Below are positions 9,513-19,806 of a stretch of 64,000 nt of DNA, piece by piece (the first letter of the stretch is position 1; each line of letters starts with the position of its first letter). The translations under genes were made by a program, and so were the position numbers. The stretch lies in the IMG/VR virus record IMGVR_UViG_3300027806_000040; one strand, given 5' to 3'. Under the pieces are notes generated by a model. That model ran no database searches and was not told the origin of the DNA. It worked only from the letters and a program-made list of their open reading frames with translations. Source of the DNA: an uncultured virus (IMG/VR IMGVR_UViG_3300027806_000040) (Duplodnaviria; Heunggongvirae; Uroviricota; Caudoviricetes).

Positions 9513-9679
9513 TGACAATTGAATATATTATTTCGATTTTGGAGCGCAAGGTAGCAAACCTTGGCTCGGCCAAAACCAGTGCCGAACTGATAGGCGATTT
9601 GGAACGTGTAGAATCGCTACACGCAGAGATTGTTGAGACTCAAAACTCAATCGCAAACCTTAAAACCCTTTTGGAGTAA
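9512..9679 (+). CDS. Small coiled-coil protein (55 aa, not in the ORF track)
   Basis: TAATG coupling; MTIEYIISILERKVANL...NLKTLLE*. Confidence 0.65.
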   Translation: MTIEYIISILERKVANLGSAKTSAELIGDLERVESLHAEIVETQNSIANLKTLLE

Positions 9680-9681
9680 AC

Positions 9682-9837
9682 ATGAACCCAGAACAAGCGT
9701 TACAGATTCTCGACCAAGTTTGCCAAAACGTGCCGGGTACTCGCAAAGACCATGAGGCGATTGCTCAAGCAATTTCCGTTTTGGCTGAAGCAATCAAGCC
9801 AAAAAAGGAAGGTGAACAATGCCCGACCCAATCGTAA
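9682..9837 (+). CDS. Small hypothetical protein (51 aa, not in the ORF track)
   Basis: GGAG RBS; MNPEQALQILDQVCQNVPGTRKDHEAIAQAI... Confidence 0.6.
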   Translation: MNPEQALQILDQVCQNVPGTRKDHEAIAQAISVLAEAIKPKKEGEQCPTQS

Positions 9838-10142
9838 TTCCACTCGACCAGCCAGTTCAAATTCCATCATCGCCCGCAAAGCAATTTGAGGCGATGTGGA
9901 TTACCCAAGTTTTGGTTCGCACCTTGCTGCCGACTGACCAATCCGGTGGTGGCTTGGTTTCGATTGAATACGTCCCGATGAACGCGACGACTGGCGAGGT
10001 TCTGCCTCAGCCAACAGCAATCAGCAGCGACCGGCTGATGCAAGCGGTCAGCGAAGTGCCCGAAGTTGCTCAGGCAATGGGGGCAATTCTGCTTGCAATT
10101 CAACCGTTCAGAAATTGGATCGCAGCACAGCAACCGGAGTAA
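9819..10142 (+). CDS. Hypothetical protein
   Basis: GGAAGG RBS; operon context. Confidence 0.65.
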   Translation: MPDPIVIPLDQPVQIPSSPAKQFEAMWITQVLVRTLLPTDQSGGGLVSIEYVPMNATTGEVLPQPTAISSDRLMQAVSEVPEVAQAMGAILLAIQPFRNWIAAQQPE

Positions 10143-10145
10143 GAA

Positions 10146-11243
10146 ATGGCGACTCAGCAAATCGAGTTTTCGGCGGCAACTGGATTGACTCTTACGGCTA
10201 CGCTGCACGCGGCAGGCTCGGACGCGATTGCCTACACGGCTTCCGCAGTTGTCGAGCAAACCAACCGCAAAGGGGTGTACCGTGCGACGTTTGCCGGCAT
10301 TGCCGCAGGGACTTATCAGCTAGTCGCCTTTTCTGGTTCGACTCCCGTCGCCGTTTGGTGGGGGTTCGCTCAAGACACGGCAAGTACGTTTGTCTTTGGG
10401 GAAATCTCAGGTAGCCTCATCGCAAATTCAATCAACTCATCGACGTTTGCCAGCGGTACAAGTGTTGGCGCAAATGTGCTGTCAATCTCCGGCGCCTCAG
10501 CCGCAACCATCGCAGACGAAGTGCGGGTGGAACTGGCGACCGAACTTGCCAGAATCGACGTGGCGACTTCAACGCGGCTGGCGACTGCCGGTTACACTGC
10601 TCCAGACAATGCGTCGATTGCAGACATTGAAACTAAGGTTGATACACTTCTTGGACGGATTACTGCAAATCTGTTCACAGGTATCACGTACTTGCGTAAC
10701 TGGTTAAGTGCTTTGGCTGGAAAGAATCCAGATCCGGGCACCCGAGCCGAAATCAATGCCACAACTGCTGGTGCAACGTATAACGAAACAACTGATAGCT
10801 TGGAAGCAATTACTGGGCTATCAGGGTTGTCCGAAGTGGATGCTAATCTTGTTGCAATCAACGGACAACCAATTTCGGCAGGACAACTCCGCCTCAACGT
10901 CATTAACACAAACGTGCTTAAGAACAGCGTGTTGACGTTGATGCGGAAAGACACGTACTCGGTGGACAATGGCAATCCCATCGATTTTGTAAGTGATGAC
11001 CTTCCTGATATGACGATTGCAACTGGGGCGACTTTGACAATTATGTCTAAGGCTCGCGTAGTGTTGCTTACTAAGTCGGGAACTGTGTCAGAAGTTGCAA
11101 AGCGTATTCGTTTCGAACTTACCGAAGCCAATACAACGCTTGTTGTAGCTAATGATAATCGCTACGATGTTGTTCTCAACTACGCTACAGGGCACCAAAC
11201 AGTGTTCTCTGGCATCAACGTGATTCTGGACGACTGGTCATAG
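10146..11243 (+). CDS. Mosaic structural protein (Ig-like N-terminus; C-terminal domain paralogous to 11252..11962)
   Basis: LTLMRKDTYSVDNGNPIDF vs LTLTRGDTYSIANGNPIEF in the next gene. Confidence 0.65.
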   Translation: MATQQIEFSAATGLTLTATLHAAGSDAIAYTASAVVEQTNRKGVYRATFAGIAAGTYQLVAFSGSTPVAVWWGFAQDTASTFVFGEISGSLIANSINSSTFASGTSVGANVLSISGASAATIADEVRVELATELARIDVATSTRLATAGYTAPDNASIADIETKVDTLLGRITANLFTGITYLRNWLSALAGKNPDPGTRAEINATTAGATYNETTDSLEAITGLSGLSEVDANLVAINGQPISAGQLRLNVINTNVLKNSVLTLMRKDTYSVDNGNPIDFVSDDLPDMTIATGATLTIMSKARVVLLTKSGTVSEVAKRIRFELTEANTTLVVANDNRYDVVLNYATGHQTVFSGINVILDDWS

Positions 11244-11251
11244 GAGCAAGT

Positions 11252-11962
11252 ATGCTTAAGAACACAGCCGGCCAGAACTGGGTCGTCCATGCGATTGATA
11301 CTACGACTGGCAATAACAAGACAGGCGATGCTGCAAACATTACCGCCAAAATATCAAAAGATGGCGGAGCGTTTGTAGCATTGACTGATACTAACCCCGT
11401 TGAAATTGAAGCAGGCCGCTATGCTTTTGATATCAGTCAAGCTGAAATCAATTGCACACGGTTTTTCATTGTGCCGAGAAGTTCAACCGCAAATGTTCGA
11501 GTGGAGAATGAAGAAAAGGTCTTTACTACTGTTCCTCCAATCCCGGAAGTGAATGTAGTCGAAGTCAACGGCAAAGATGCAGCGAGCGGCATTGTACGGA
11601 TAAATATAATCGACGCAAGCTACGTTCGAAAAGGTGTTCTCACGCTCACCCGGGGTGATACTTACTCTATTGCAAACGGGAACCCAATTGAGTTCATTTC
11701 GACCGAGTTTCCTGACTTAACAGTTCCAACTGGAGCCACGCTCAAACTGTTCAATAAAACAACGAGAACAACGCTTCTAACAAAGACAACAACTTTGTTG
11801 GACGATGTTGAGAAAAGTATCAAGTTTGAAGCGACTGCTGCAGATATGAACATTGCTATCAATGATAAGGACTATGTTTACTCTGTTGAGTTAACGTGCG
11901 CCATAGGTAAACGAACAGTAATCTCCGACAAGTTGATCATTAACGACGATTTGGTGCCGTAA
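11252..11962 (+). CDS. Structural protein with BppU-like C-terminal domain
   Basis: GGAG RBS; TGDAANITAKISKDGG.F...TDTNP motif; RGDT...IEF beta-sandwich. Confidence 0.6.
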   Translation: MLKNTAGQNWVVHAIDTTTGNNKTGDAANITAKISKDGGAFVALTDTNPVEIEAGRYAFDISQAEINCTRFFIVPRSSTANVRVENEEKVFTTVPPIPEVNVVEVNGKDAASGIVRINIIDASYVRKGVLTLTRGDTYSIANGNPIEFISTEFPDLTVPTGATLKLFNKTTRTTLLTKTTTLLDDVEKSIKFEATAADMNIAINDKDYVYSVELTCAIGKRTVISDKLIINDDLVP

Positions 11963-13614
11963 TGCACGCACTTGAAAAATTGATGCGAGAGCAAATCGTA
12001 ACAGGGCTTCGACAAAATTTGAAGATTCCCTGTCACGAATGGGTTGCTCGACACAGAATGATGGGTGATCCGTTTCCCGGCCCGTTCGGGTACAAGTATC
12101 ATCCGTGGTTGTATGAGATGCACGATGTTTCAGCCGAAGAAGTGGTTGGGCAGAAGGCGGCTCAGATGGGTTATACAGAGTGGGCAATTAACGTCTCTCT
12201 GTATCATATTAACTATGGCAAGAGTGTACTTTACATTCTGCCGTCTTCATCGGACGCAGGCGATTTTTCATCGGCTCGCTTCGACGCAGCACTCGACTTG
12301 AGTCCGTATCTTGCTCAATTGTTTGTTGACGTTAATAACGTTCGACTGAAACGAACTAAGGCAGCTTCGCTTTATATTCGCGGATCGCGAAGTCGAGCTA
12401 AGTTGAAATCTATTCCGGCCCCAATCATCGTATTGGACGAAATGGATGAAATGTCCGAAGAAGCGATTAACCTTGTGGCTGAACGCCAGTCTGGGCAAGT
12501 ATTTGCATTAACGTTGAAACTATCAACGCCTTCGATTGAGGACTTCGGAATAAATGCAGATTACAAGTTATCGACTCAAAATCTATATTTCTTTCGGTGT
12601 CCCGGTTGTTCTCGTTACATCAATTTGGAGTATCCAAGGAATTTCAAACTTCTGGGCGAAAGCCTGCTTGACCCAAAGCTGCAAGAAAGTTATTTCTATT
12701 GTCACGAATGTGGGAGACGAATTGACTCTAAGGAAAAACCAGAAGTATTGAAGCATAAAGCCTTCGGGGGTACTGGACATTTTGTCCCGACGTATCCGGG
12801 ACGCCTCAAAGAAGGGTTTATGATACATCAAATGTATTCCATGTCGCGATCAGGTCGAGAAGACATTTTTGCGGCAGCGGCGATGAAAGCTGAATTTGAT
12901 GCAACGTATGCCCAAGAGTTTTGGAACAGCAAAGTCGCTCAACCTTATACGGCTCGTGGTGCGAAAGTAAGCGACGATCAGATACAACAATGTATCCAAC
13001 ATTATTCACAAGGTGTAGGGGACAAACGAAGCGTTAGAACAATCGGCATTGACGTAGGTTTGCAGTTTCATGTTGTTATTTACGAATGGAAATTAGGGCA
13101 AACATACGCAGATGTGATGCTCAACGACGTTAGTGTGCCAACGGTATTGTTACAAACAACTGTAAGGGATGAATCCGAACTTTTAAGATTGTGGCGAGAG
13201 TACCAAATTGATTGGGGTATCATCGACGCAGAACCAGAACGCCGAATTTCTTTGCGATTGTGCCAAGAACTTGGTGGAGGTTTAATGGCTTGCGATTATT
13301 TGTTCAGCCAGCAAGGTAAGACCGTTACTCGTCAAGATGACGATCTAATGGTCAAGGTTAATCGAACAGCTTGGCTAGACCAAACAATGTTTCGGTACAA
13401 AAATGGCACGATTCGACTTCCAATTGATATCGACGAAGAATTTAAGCTTCATATTAAGGAGCCTGTACGTATAACTCGACGCGACAAATGGGGACAAGAG
13501 TATGGTGTGTATGTTAACAAGAAAGCAGACCACTATGCTCACGCAAGCACTTACGCAGAGTTGGCGTTGACTTTGCTAGAATTGGGAGAAGTTCAAACTA
13601 TCAAGGTCTACTGA
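11962..13614 (+). CDS. terL: Terminase large subunit (lambda GpA family)
   Basis: KAAQMGYTE Walker A, IVLDEMD Walker B, STP motif, CPGC/CHECG zinc finger, IGIDVG and ADHYAHA nuclease motifs. Confidence 0.92.
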   Translation: MHALEKLMREQIVTGLRQNLKIPCHEWVARHRMMGDPFPGPFGYKYHPWLYEMHDVSAEEVVGQKAAQMGYTEWAINVSLYHINYGKSVLYILPSSSDAGDFSSARFDAALDLSPYLAQLFVDVNNVRLKRTKAASLYIRGSRSRAKLKSIPAPIIVLDEMDEMSEEAINLVAERQSGQVFALTLKLSTPSIEDFGINADYKLSTQNLYFFRCPGCSRYINLEYPRNFKLLGESLLDPKLQESYFYCHECGRRIDSKEKPEVLKHKAFGGTGHFVPTYPGRLKEGFMIHQMYSMSRSGREDIFAAAAMKAEFDATYAQEFWNSKVAQPYTARGAKVSDDQIQQCIQHYSQGVGDKRSVRTIGIDVGLQFHVVIYEWKLGQTYADVMLNDVSVPTVLLQTTVRDESELLRLWREYQIDWGIIDAEPERRISLRLCQELGGGLMACDYLFSQQGKTVTRQDDDLMVKVNRTAWLDQTMFRYKNGTIRLPIDIDEEFKLHIKEPVRITRRDKWGQEYGVYVNKKADHYAHASTYAELALTLLELGEVQTIKVY

Positions 13615-15269
13615 TGTTCATTTACCCGTTTGAAGATTATGAAGAAATCAAACGCTGGCGGTATGCGTATCGCGGCGGACGCGACTTCGTTAATTTGTAT
13701 CTTGAGAAGCTCTCGACCAAAGAGGACGATGATGACTTCGCAGCCCGCAAGCGATTGACGTATTGTCCATCGTTTGCTGCTGAGGCAATTGATGAAATCA
13801 AAGACGCTATCATCCACCGTGCAACTGATATTGTACGGACTGGTGGACCTGAAACTTATCGCAAAGCCATCAATGGCGAATTGGGTGGCGTAGACCTGCG
13901 GGGAAGCTCAATGAGCATGTTCCTCGGTAACTACGTTTTGCCCGAACTGCTCCCAATGTCAACTGTTGGGGTGCTTGTTGATAACTTTGACAATTTGGGT
14001 CGAACGCTTGCGGACAAAGGCAACAAGCACCCTTATTTTACTGTGTTTGCACGGGAAAACATTCTTGCACACACGCCAGAGATTCCGTTCAATGGCTATG
14101 ATAGTGTGCTGTTGCAAGAAACGATTTACGAAGTTGATAAGTATGGCCGCAAAGCCATGTTTCCAACTACTCGCAATCGGTATTATGAAAAAGTTGATAC
14201 TAACACCATTCTCGTAAAAATCGGAAATGTTGACGCTGACTGGAAAAATGGAAAAGAATACATTCTGAACATTCCAGAGATTCCTTTCCATATTTTCCAA
14301 TTGCGACGTTCTTTGATGAAAGACGTTGCAGACTATCAAATTGCATTGTTGAATATTGAAAGCTCGGACATTTCGTTCATTCGTTGTGCAAACTTCCCGA
14401 TTTATTACGAGTTCTATAAGGCACGCGGATCGGCGGGCGACTACAGCAAGCCGACACGTACAGCTGATACTCGCGAGGTTGAAGTTGGAGCTGGTACAGG
14501 TCGTCGATTCCCTGATGGACTTGAGAAGCCAGGTTTCATTGCTCCTAACGCTGACACTTTGCGAGCTTCGATGGAGAAGGGAGCACAAATCAAGAAAGAT
14601 ATTCGCTCCCTTGTTCGTCTCAATCTGTCGATGCTTGAACCGCAACGTCAATCAGTTGAGTCGAAAGGTTACGACGAACGTTCACTTGAATCAGGTTTGA
14701 GTCAACTTGGTTTGATACTCCAGACTGGTGAACAAGAGTTGGCCAAATACTGGTCGTACTTCGAAGGAGCCGAGAACGACGTTAAGATTGGCTATCCCAA
14801 GACTTACGACTTGCAGAATGATGAAACAAGATTGCGTTATAGTGATAAGCTCCGTAGTCTTGCAAACAGTGTTCCTTCGGACTCATTCCAACGTGAAGTG
14901 CAGAAATTGCTATCATACAAATTGATGGGCCATGTTCTGCCAAAGAGCACAATGGATGAAATCTTCGAGGAAATTGAAGAATCCGAAACAATCACATCGG
15001 ACCCGAATATCATTTTGTCAGCACACAAAGCTGGACTTTGTTCTGACTACGATGCCGCTAAGGCTCTTGGGTTCAGTGAAGAATCAGTTGACCAAGCCCG
15101 TAAGGACCGAGCAGAGCGTATCAAGTTGACACTTGAAGCACAAGGCGGAGCGGACAACGCAGACGCCAACCGGGGAGCACCTGAATTTGATAAGGGTGTT
15201 CCGTCCGACGAGAAAGAAGGCAAAGCAGGTCGAGGCAATCAAGACAACACGAACATTGGTGGTGAATAA
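13614..15269 (+). CDS. Portal protein
   Basis: Follows terL; W...Y.GG......YL....E....F..R N-terminal portal pattern; 551 aa. Confidence 0.8.
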   Translation: MFIYPFEDYEEIKRWRYAYRGGRDFVNLYLEKLSTKEDDDDFAARKRLTYCPSFAAEAIDEIKDAIIHRATDIVRTGGPETYRKAINGELGGVDLRGSSMSMFLGNYVLPELLPMSTVGVLVDNFDNLGRTLADKGNKHPYFTVFARENILAHTPEIPFNGYDSVLLQETIYEVDKYGRKAMFPTTRNRYYEKVDTNTILVKIGNVDADWKNGKEYILNIPEIPFHIFQLRRSLMKDVADYQIALLNIESSDISFIRCANFPIYYEFYKARGSAGDYSKPTRTADTREVEVGAGTGRRFPDGLEKPGFIAPNADTLRASMEKGAQIKKDIRSLVRLNLSMLEPQRQSVESKGYDERSLESGLSQLGLILQTGEQELAKYWSYFEGAENDVKIGYPKTYDLQNDETRLRYSDKLRSLANSVPSDSFQREVQKLLSYKLMGHVLPKSTMDEIFEEIEESETITSDPNIILSAHKAGLCSDYDAAKALGFSEESVDQARKDRAERIKLTLEAQGGADNADANRGAPEFDKGVPSDEKEGKAGRGNQDNTNIGGE

Positions 15270-15715
15270 TGTACGGAACACTTGTTGACTCGAATACTTA
15301 TTTCAGCACATTGAGGTACGATCGTCAAGCCATTTGGGCCAATAGCTCAGAGGCAGCACGGACAGCTTGTCTGGGAGAAGCAACGAACCTCATTGATATG
15401 CTCAACTTCGAAGGTGATAAGACCGACGAAGAACAAGAGCTAGAGTTCCCACGCGATGGTGATACCGAGGTTCCAACTCCTATCATTCACGCTGCATACG
15501 AGATTGCCTACCAAATCTTGTCCGGTCGTGATGTTGATATCGAGCTTGAGAACGTCGAGAAAGTAGCGGTAGCCTTTGGGCAACGCCGCGTTGATAAGGA
15601 AAAGAGCTTCGTCTCGGAAGCTAAGACCAACGGTATTCCAAGTGAACGTGCTTGGAAACTTCTCAAACCTTTTTTGCGCGACCCGCACAAAGTAAAAATC
15701 ATTAGGAGTACGTGA
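15269..15715 (+). CDS. Head-tail adaptor-like ('DnaT-like' phage family) protein
   Basis: Y.T......YF...AT..ID...F.G.K....Q.LEFPR...VP..I..A..E.A pattern. Confidence 0.65.
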   Translation: MYGTLVDSNTYFSTLRYDRQAIWANSSEAARTACLGEATNLIDMLNFEGDKTDEEQELEFPRDGDTEVPTPIIHAAYEIAYQILSGRDVDIELENVEKVAVAFGQRRVDKEKSFVSEAKTNGIPSERAWKLLKPFLRDPHKVKIIRST

Positions 15716-16512
15716 TGAAACATTTCTGGCTATTGGCGACCAACACACCGTGGTACAAAGAGGGTGAAGGAAACGGTGACGGGCAGCAACCGCCCAAGAC
15801 CTTCACGCAAGAAGAAGTCGAGAAGATGATACAAGGTCGTCTCTCGAAACAGAAACAACGAGAGACAGAGCTTTTGACCAAGCTCAAAAGCCTCGAAACA
15901 AAAGGTCTGTCGGATGCCGACCGCGAAGCTCTGGAACAGCAAATCCAACAGCTTCAAGAGCAGAACATGAGCAAAGAGGAATTGTTCAAGGAACGCGAAA
16001 CCAAGCTGAAATCTGAGCATGATAAGATTCTCAAGAAAACCGTTGAAGAATCAACTCGCTGGAAAGGTTTCTTTGAAAGTTCCTCAATCAGACAAGCGAT
16101 CACGGCTGCTGCAATTTCTGCGGAAGCCGAGAATGTGGAGCAGATGTTGATGATGTTCCAAGGTTCTTCTCGTCTGGAAGAAGAAATTGAGAACAACAAA
16201 CCGACTGGCCGGTTTATCGCCAAGATGAAAATTGTTGGTATTGACCCTGACACTAAGGCCAAAAAGGAATTTGACCTGCCAGTGGCAGAGGCTATCACTA
16301 AGCTGCGAGAAGATGGTTTGAACGCCAATCTTTTCAAGCACAAATCTACTGGAGGAACTGGAACCGTCGGAAACGGCGGTACTGGCAGCTCAGGACGAGC
16401 TTCCAACAGTATGCCGCAACCTGAACAGTTTGCGAACCCTGCCGAGTTCCAAGTGGCGTATACATCTTGGCGGCAAAAATACAATCTTGATGGTTCTGAA
16501 AGGAAAATCTGA
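15715..16512 (+). CDS. Capsid scaffolding protein
   Basis: KTFTQEEVEKMIQGRL motif, coiled coil, Gly-rich C-terminus, directly before the capsid gene. Confidence 0.85.
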   Translation: MKHFWLLATNTPWYKEGEGNGDGQQPPKTFTQEEVEKMIQGRLSKQKQRETELLTKLKSLETKGLSDADREALEQQIQQLQEQNMSKEELFKERETKLKSEHDKILKKTVEESTRWKGFFESSSIRQAITAAAISAEAENVEQMLMMFQGSSRLEEEIENNKPTGRFIAKMKIVGIDPDTKAKKEFDLPVAEAITKLREDGLNANLFKHKSTGGTGTVGNGGTGSSGRASNSMPQPEQFANPAEFQVAYTSWRQKYNLDGSERKI

Positions 16513-17900
16513 TGCCTAATAACACTGATGCATTTGTACCCGAACTGTGGGCAGCAGAAGCTGTCAACCAGCTTTGGGAAAACATGATTTTTGCAGGCAC
16601 CGTTCATCGCGATTTCGAAAACGAACTCGCTTCGTACGGCGATGTTGTGAACACCCGCAAGCCGGGTGCCTTCGTTGCAAAGCGGAAACAGAACGATCTC
16701 GATGATGTCGAGATTCAAGACGTGACCGCGACCAACATCCAAGTCAAGCTGAATCAACGTGTTTACGTTGCGTTCATGCTTGGCGACAAGGCCCAATCGC
16801 TCTCGTTCCAAGATTTGGTTCAGATTTATCTGTCTCAAGCTATCATGGCGAACGCTCGCCACTTGGACCGTGTGATTGGTGCCCAAGTTTATCAGTTCTT
16901 GAACAACACCGCTGGTGGCCTCGGTCAAATGACCGCGATCAACTCGCACGACTATCTGCTCGATATGCGACAGGTGTTCAACGATAACTACGTTCCAACT
17001 ATGGATCGTTGGCTGGCGTTGTGCTCTCGAACTGAAACCCTGATGCAAAAGAATGACCTGTTTAAGCAGGCATACAGCATCGGCGATTCGGGCCAAGCTC
17101 TACGGAATGCAATCCTTGGTCGCGTTGATGGTTGGAACACGTTCCTCGAACTGAACACCGCAAGTGTTCGTGTCGCTTCGGACGCAACCGCCACCGCAAC
17201 TGTCAATGGCGCACATGCTGCTGGCGTTACTGTTCTCAACGTTGACGATGCCACCGATATCACGGCTGGTATGTACCTCGTTGTCGCGGGTGACTGGACT
17301 CCAGTGAAGGTTCTGTCCAAGGCAACCAATGCCTTGACTCTGAATCGTCCATTGAAGAAGGCGGTTGCTGACAATGCGGTGATCACCAAGCTGACCCTGA
17401 CCAACGTGGACCAAAGCTCTGCAATCGCCGCTGGCGATGATGGTGTTTTGGCTGTCTCCAATGGTTATCCCGCTGGTTGGTTGAAGCCGATCAATGTCAA
17501 CGCCACCGCGATTCCTCGCGTCGGTCAGTTGGTATCATTCGGTGCAACCAGCACCGTCGAGTACGGCATCATCAACGTTGAAACCAACGGTTCTGATTAC
17601 CTGATCACTCTCGACCGTCCGCTTGAAGAAGCCATTGCCCACAACGGCGTGGTTTGCTTGGGCCCGGCTGGCGATTATAACTTTGCTTACCAACGCAACG
17701 CTGTTGCTTTGGTTAGTCGTCCGCTGCTGGTTCCTCGCTCCGAGACTGGTGTTCGTGCCGCTACCGCAGTTGCCCACAACATGGCTCTGCGTGTTGAAAT
17801 CAGCCGCAACAGCTTGAAGCAAGGTCACTTGGTCGTGGTCGATGGTATCTTTGGCGTAGCCAAGCTGGATGCAGCCCTCGGCGGTTGCTTGTTCGGCTAA
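16512..17900 (+). CDS. Major capsid protein (P22 gp5-like HK97 fold) with internal insertion
   Basis: FVPELWAAEA...V.RDFE......GDVVNTRKPG N-terminus; D.IFGV..LD C-terminus. Confidence 0.88.
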   Translation: MPNNTDAFVPELWAAEAVNQLWENMIFAGTVHRDFENELASYGDVVNTRKPGAFVAKRKQNDLDDVEIQDVTATNIQVKLNQRVYVAFMLGDKAQSLSFQDLVQIYLSQAIMANARHLDRVIGAQVYQFLNNTAGGLGQMTAINSHDYLLDMRQVFNDNYVPTMDRWLALCSRTETLMQKNDLFKQAYSIGDSGQALRNAILGRVDGWNTFLELNTASVRVASDATATATVNGAHAAGVTVLNVDDATDITAGMYLVVAGDWTPVKVLSKATNALTLNRPLKKAVADNAVITKLTLTNVDQSSAIAAGDDGVLAVSNGYPAGWLKPINVNATAIPRVGQLVSFGATSTVEYGIINVETNGSDYLITLDRPLEEAIAHNGVVCLGPAGDYNFAYQRNAVALVSRPLLVPRSETGVRAATAVAHNMALRVEISRNSLKQGHLVVVDGIFGVAKLDAALGGCLFG

Positions 17901-17917
17901 TTGAAAAGGAACGGGAA

Positions 17918-18325
17918 ATGGATGCGGCAATTCGCCTACAGATTTGGTCCGACTTATACGAAATGGAACGCATGTATGGGCGTCCGGCGACTTACGTCCA
18001 GATGCGTGCCCAACAGTTCAACCCTCAGACTGGCAAGTATGATGAAGACGATGTAGTGCGAATTGCCCTCCTTTCCCTTCCTTCTTTTGAAGAAGATATT
18101 GGCTACCCGCCGGCCACACAAGCAGGCGGAGCGTCTCCGGGTCTTTTTTCAGACTTCGAACAAGGGGACAAAGTTTTTCTGCTCTCGACCCGTTTGCTTG
18201 ATAGTAGTTTTGAAGCCAGACAACAAGACCACATTGAGCAAGATGGAGAAAAATACAAGTTCAAACGTATCATAAGCCTGATGCCCCGGGCGGGATACAT
18301 TATTCATGGGAGACGTGTCCAATGA
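17918..18325 (+). CDS. Head-closure protein (putative)
   Basis: Position after the capsid gene; FNPQTG motif; size. Confidence 0.55.
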   Translation: MDAAIRLQIWSDLYEMERMYGRPATYVQMRAQQFNPQTGKYDEDDVVRIALLSLPSFEEDIGYPPATQAGGASPGLFSDFEQGDKVFLLSTRLLDSSFEARQQDHIEQDGEKYKFKRIISLMPRAGYIIHGRRVQ

Positions 18326-18756
18326 TAGAATGGTTCCGTTGGGCTAAGGCATCAATCTACAACCACTTCAATCAGTTATCATTCAACAAGAAATTTGACG
18401 GAATTGAAACTGATAAGACTGAGTTTCAAGATTGGTGCGAAATTCGAATCGAAGGTCCACGATTGATGGAGACCACCCGTGAGAATTTCATTTATGATTA
18501 CGGTGTGAACATTGAATGTCTCTCGACGGATATGAAAGATGCATACAAGTTGGACGCAATGATCGGTGAGGTTGTTGCGTATATGCTTGAATGTATTCCG
18601 TTGAAGAAGTTTGGCGAATTGACAGAGGAGACTGGAGAATACTTGATACGTTCGAGCGAAGTTCAAATGTATCCGTTCTCCACACCCGCTGGCGTAGAAG
18701 TCAAACGTTGTCAGATTGAAACCAATTATCGTTTACGTTTGAATAGGAGCCTGTGA
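18322..18756 (+). CDS. Tail terminator/completion protein (putative)
   Basis: ATGA coupling; position before the tail tube. Confidence 0.5.
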   Translation: MIEWFRWAKASIYNHFNQLSFNKKFDGIETDKTEFQDWCEIRIEGPRLMETTRENFIYDYGVNIECLSTDMKDAYKLDAMIGEVVAYMLECIPLKKFGELTEETGEYLIRSSEVQMYPFSTPAGVEVKRCQIETNYRLRLNRSL

Positions 18757-19265
18757 TGGCACGACAGATTTACTCGCTGAAAGATGCGACGATCAAGTTG
18801 AAAGACGGTACCACTCCTACCGCAAAAGAAGTGGAAATCCTGATGGACGATGGGTCAATCAGTATCACTGAGTCGCGGAACATCGAATACAAGATGAACC
18901 GTGGCGTCCTTGGGGCGGACACCGCTGTCCGCGAAGGTGACGACGTTCCGATGGAAATCTCCATCACGGGACGTATGGATGGGTACAAGGGCGAAAGTGC
19001 CCTGTTGCTCACCCCGAGCGAGTTCATCAAGAACAATCACGCAGACATCTCACTCGTCTCGACTGGCGACGAATGTGCCCCGTTTGCGTGCGACATTTTC
19101 ATTGACTTCGCTCACCCAGACGGTTGCACTCCCGGCTACAATGCCGAGTTAATTGAACTGCCTGAGTTCCGTTGGGAACAATGCGTTGTCGATATCAAGG
19201 CTGGCACGATTCAGATTTCTGGAAAGTGCAAGGCCAAGACTCCGACTGTCACTCGACCTGCCTAA
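18756..19265 (+). CDS. Major tail tube protein (putative)
   Basis: Beta-rich 169 aa; precedes chaperone and tape measure. Confidence 0.65.
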   Translation: MARQIYSLKDATIKLKDGTTPTAKEVEILMDDGSISITESRNIEYKMNRGVLGADTAVREGDDVPMEISITGRMDGYKGESALLLTPSEFIKNNHADISLVSTGDECAPFACDIFIDFAHPDGCTPGYNAELIELPEFRWEQCVVDIKAGTIQISGKCKAKTPTVTRPA

Positions 19266-19281
19266 CTTTTCAAGGTGTACC

Positions 19282-19806
19282 ATGCGACTTAAAGGGAAAT
19301 CAGTCCCGTTACCTAAGCCCGTCACTGTGAACTTCCACCGTGGCGATGAAGTTTTTACATTGGTGGTTAAGGCGGTACTGGACGGAGAGGCTTTCAACAA
19401 GATTCTCTCCGAACCATTGCCGCCTATCATCACAAAAGTTGGCGGCTCTCAGAGTCCTGATCTTCGTGACAAGAAATACTTGGAAGCTAAGAAAGATTGG
19501 GAAGCAAAGCGGGCAACTTGGTTCTTGTTGGAATCGCTTTCAGCAACGCCGGACTTGGAATGGGATACCGTTGATACCCACAATCCGGATACTTATTCCA
19601 ATCTTGAGGAAGAACTGAAAGCGTTTACCCCGCAAGAACAAGCTCGCTTATTCGAAGCGATTAACGAAGCTCAGAATCCGACTGGTAAGACTGAGGAACA
19701 GGCGATTGAAAATTTTATTCAACGGCTGCTCCAACCGGTATCGCCCCAGTCCTCGGAGACAGCCGAACCCACCAGTACCGAATCTGGCGAAGCTGCGAAC
19801 GGTTAA
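19282..19806 (+). CDS. Tail assembly chaperone (gpG-like)
   Basis: Position; contains in-frame slippery heptamer A AAT TTT at 19710-19716. Confidence 0.75.
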   Translation: MRLKGKSVPLPKPVTVNFHRGDEVFTLVVKAVLDGEAFNKILSEPLPPIITKVGGSQSPDLRDKKYLEAKKDWEAKRATWFLLESLSATPDLEWDTVDTHNPDTYSNLEEELKAFTPQEQARLFEAINEAQNPTGKTEEQAIENFIQRLLQPVSPQSSETAEPTSTESGEAANG

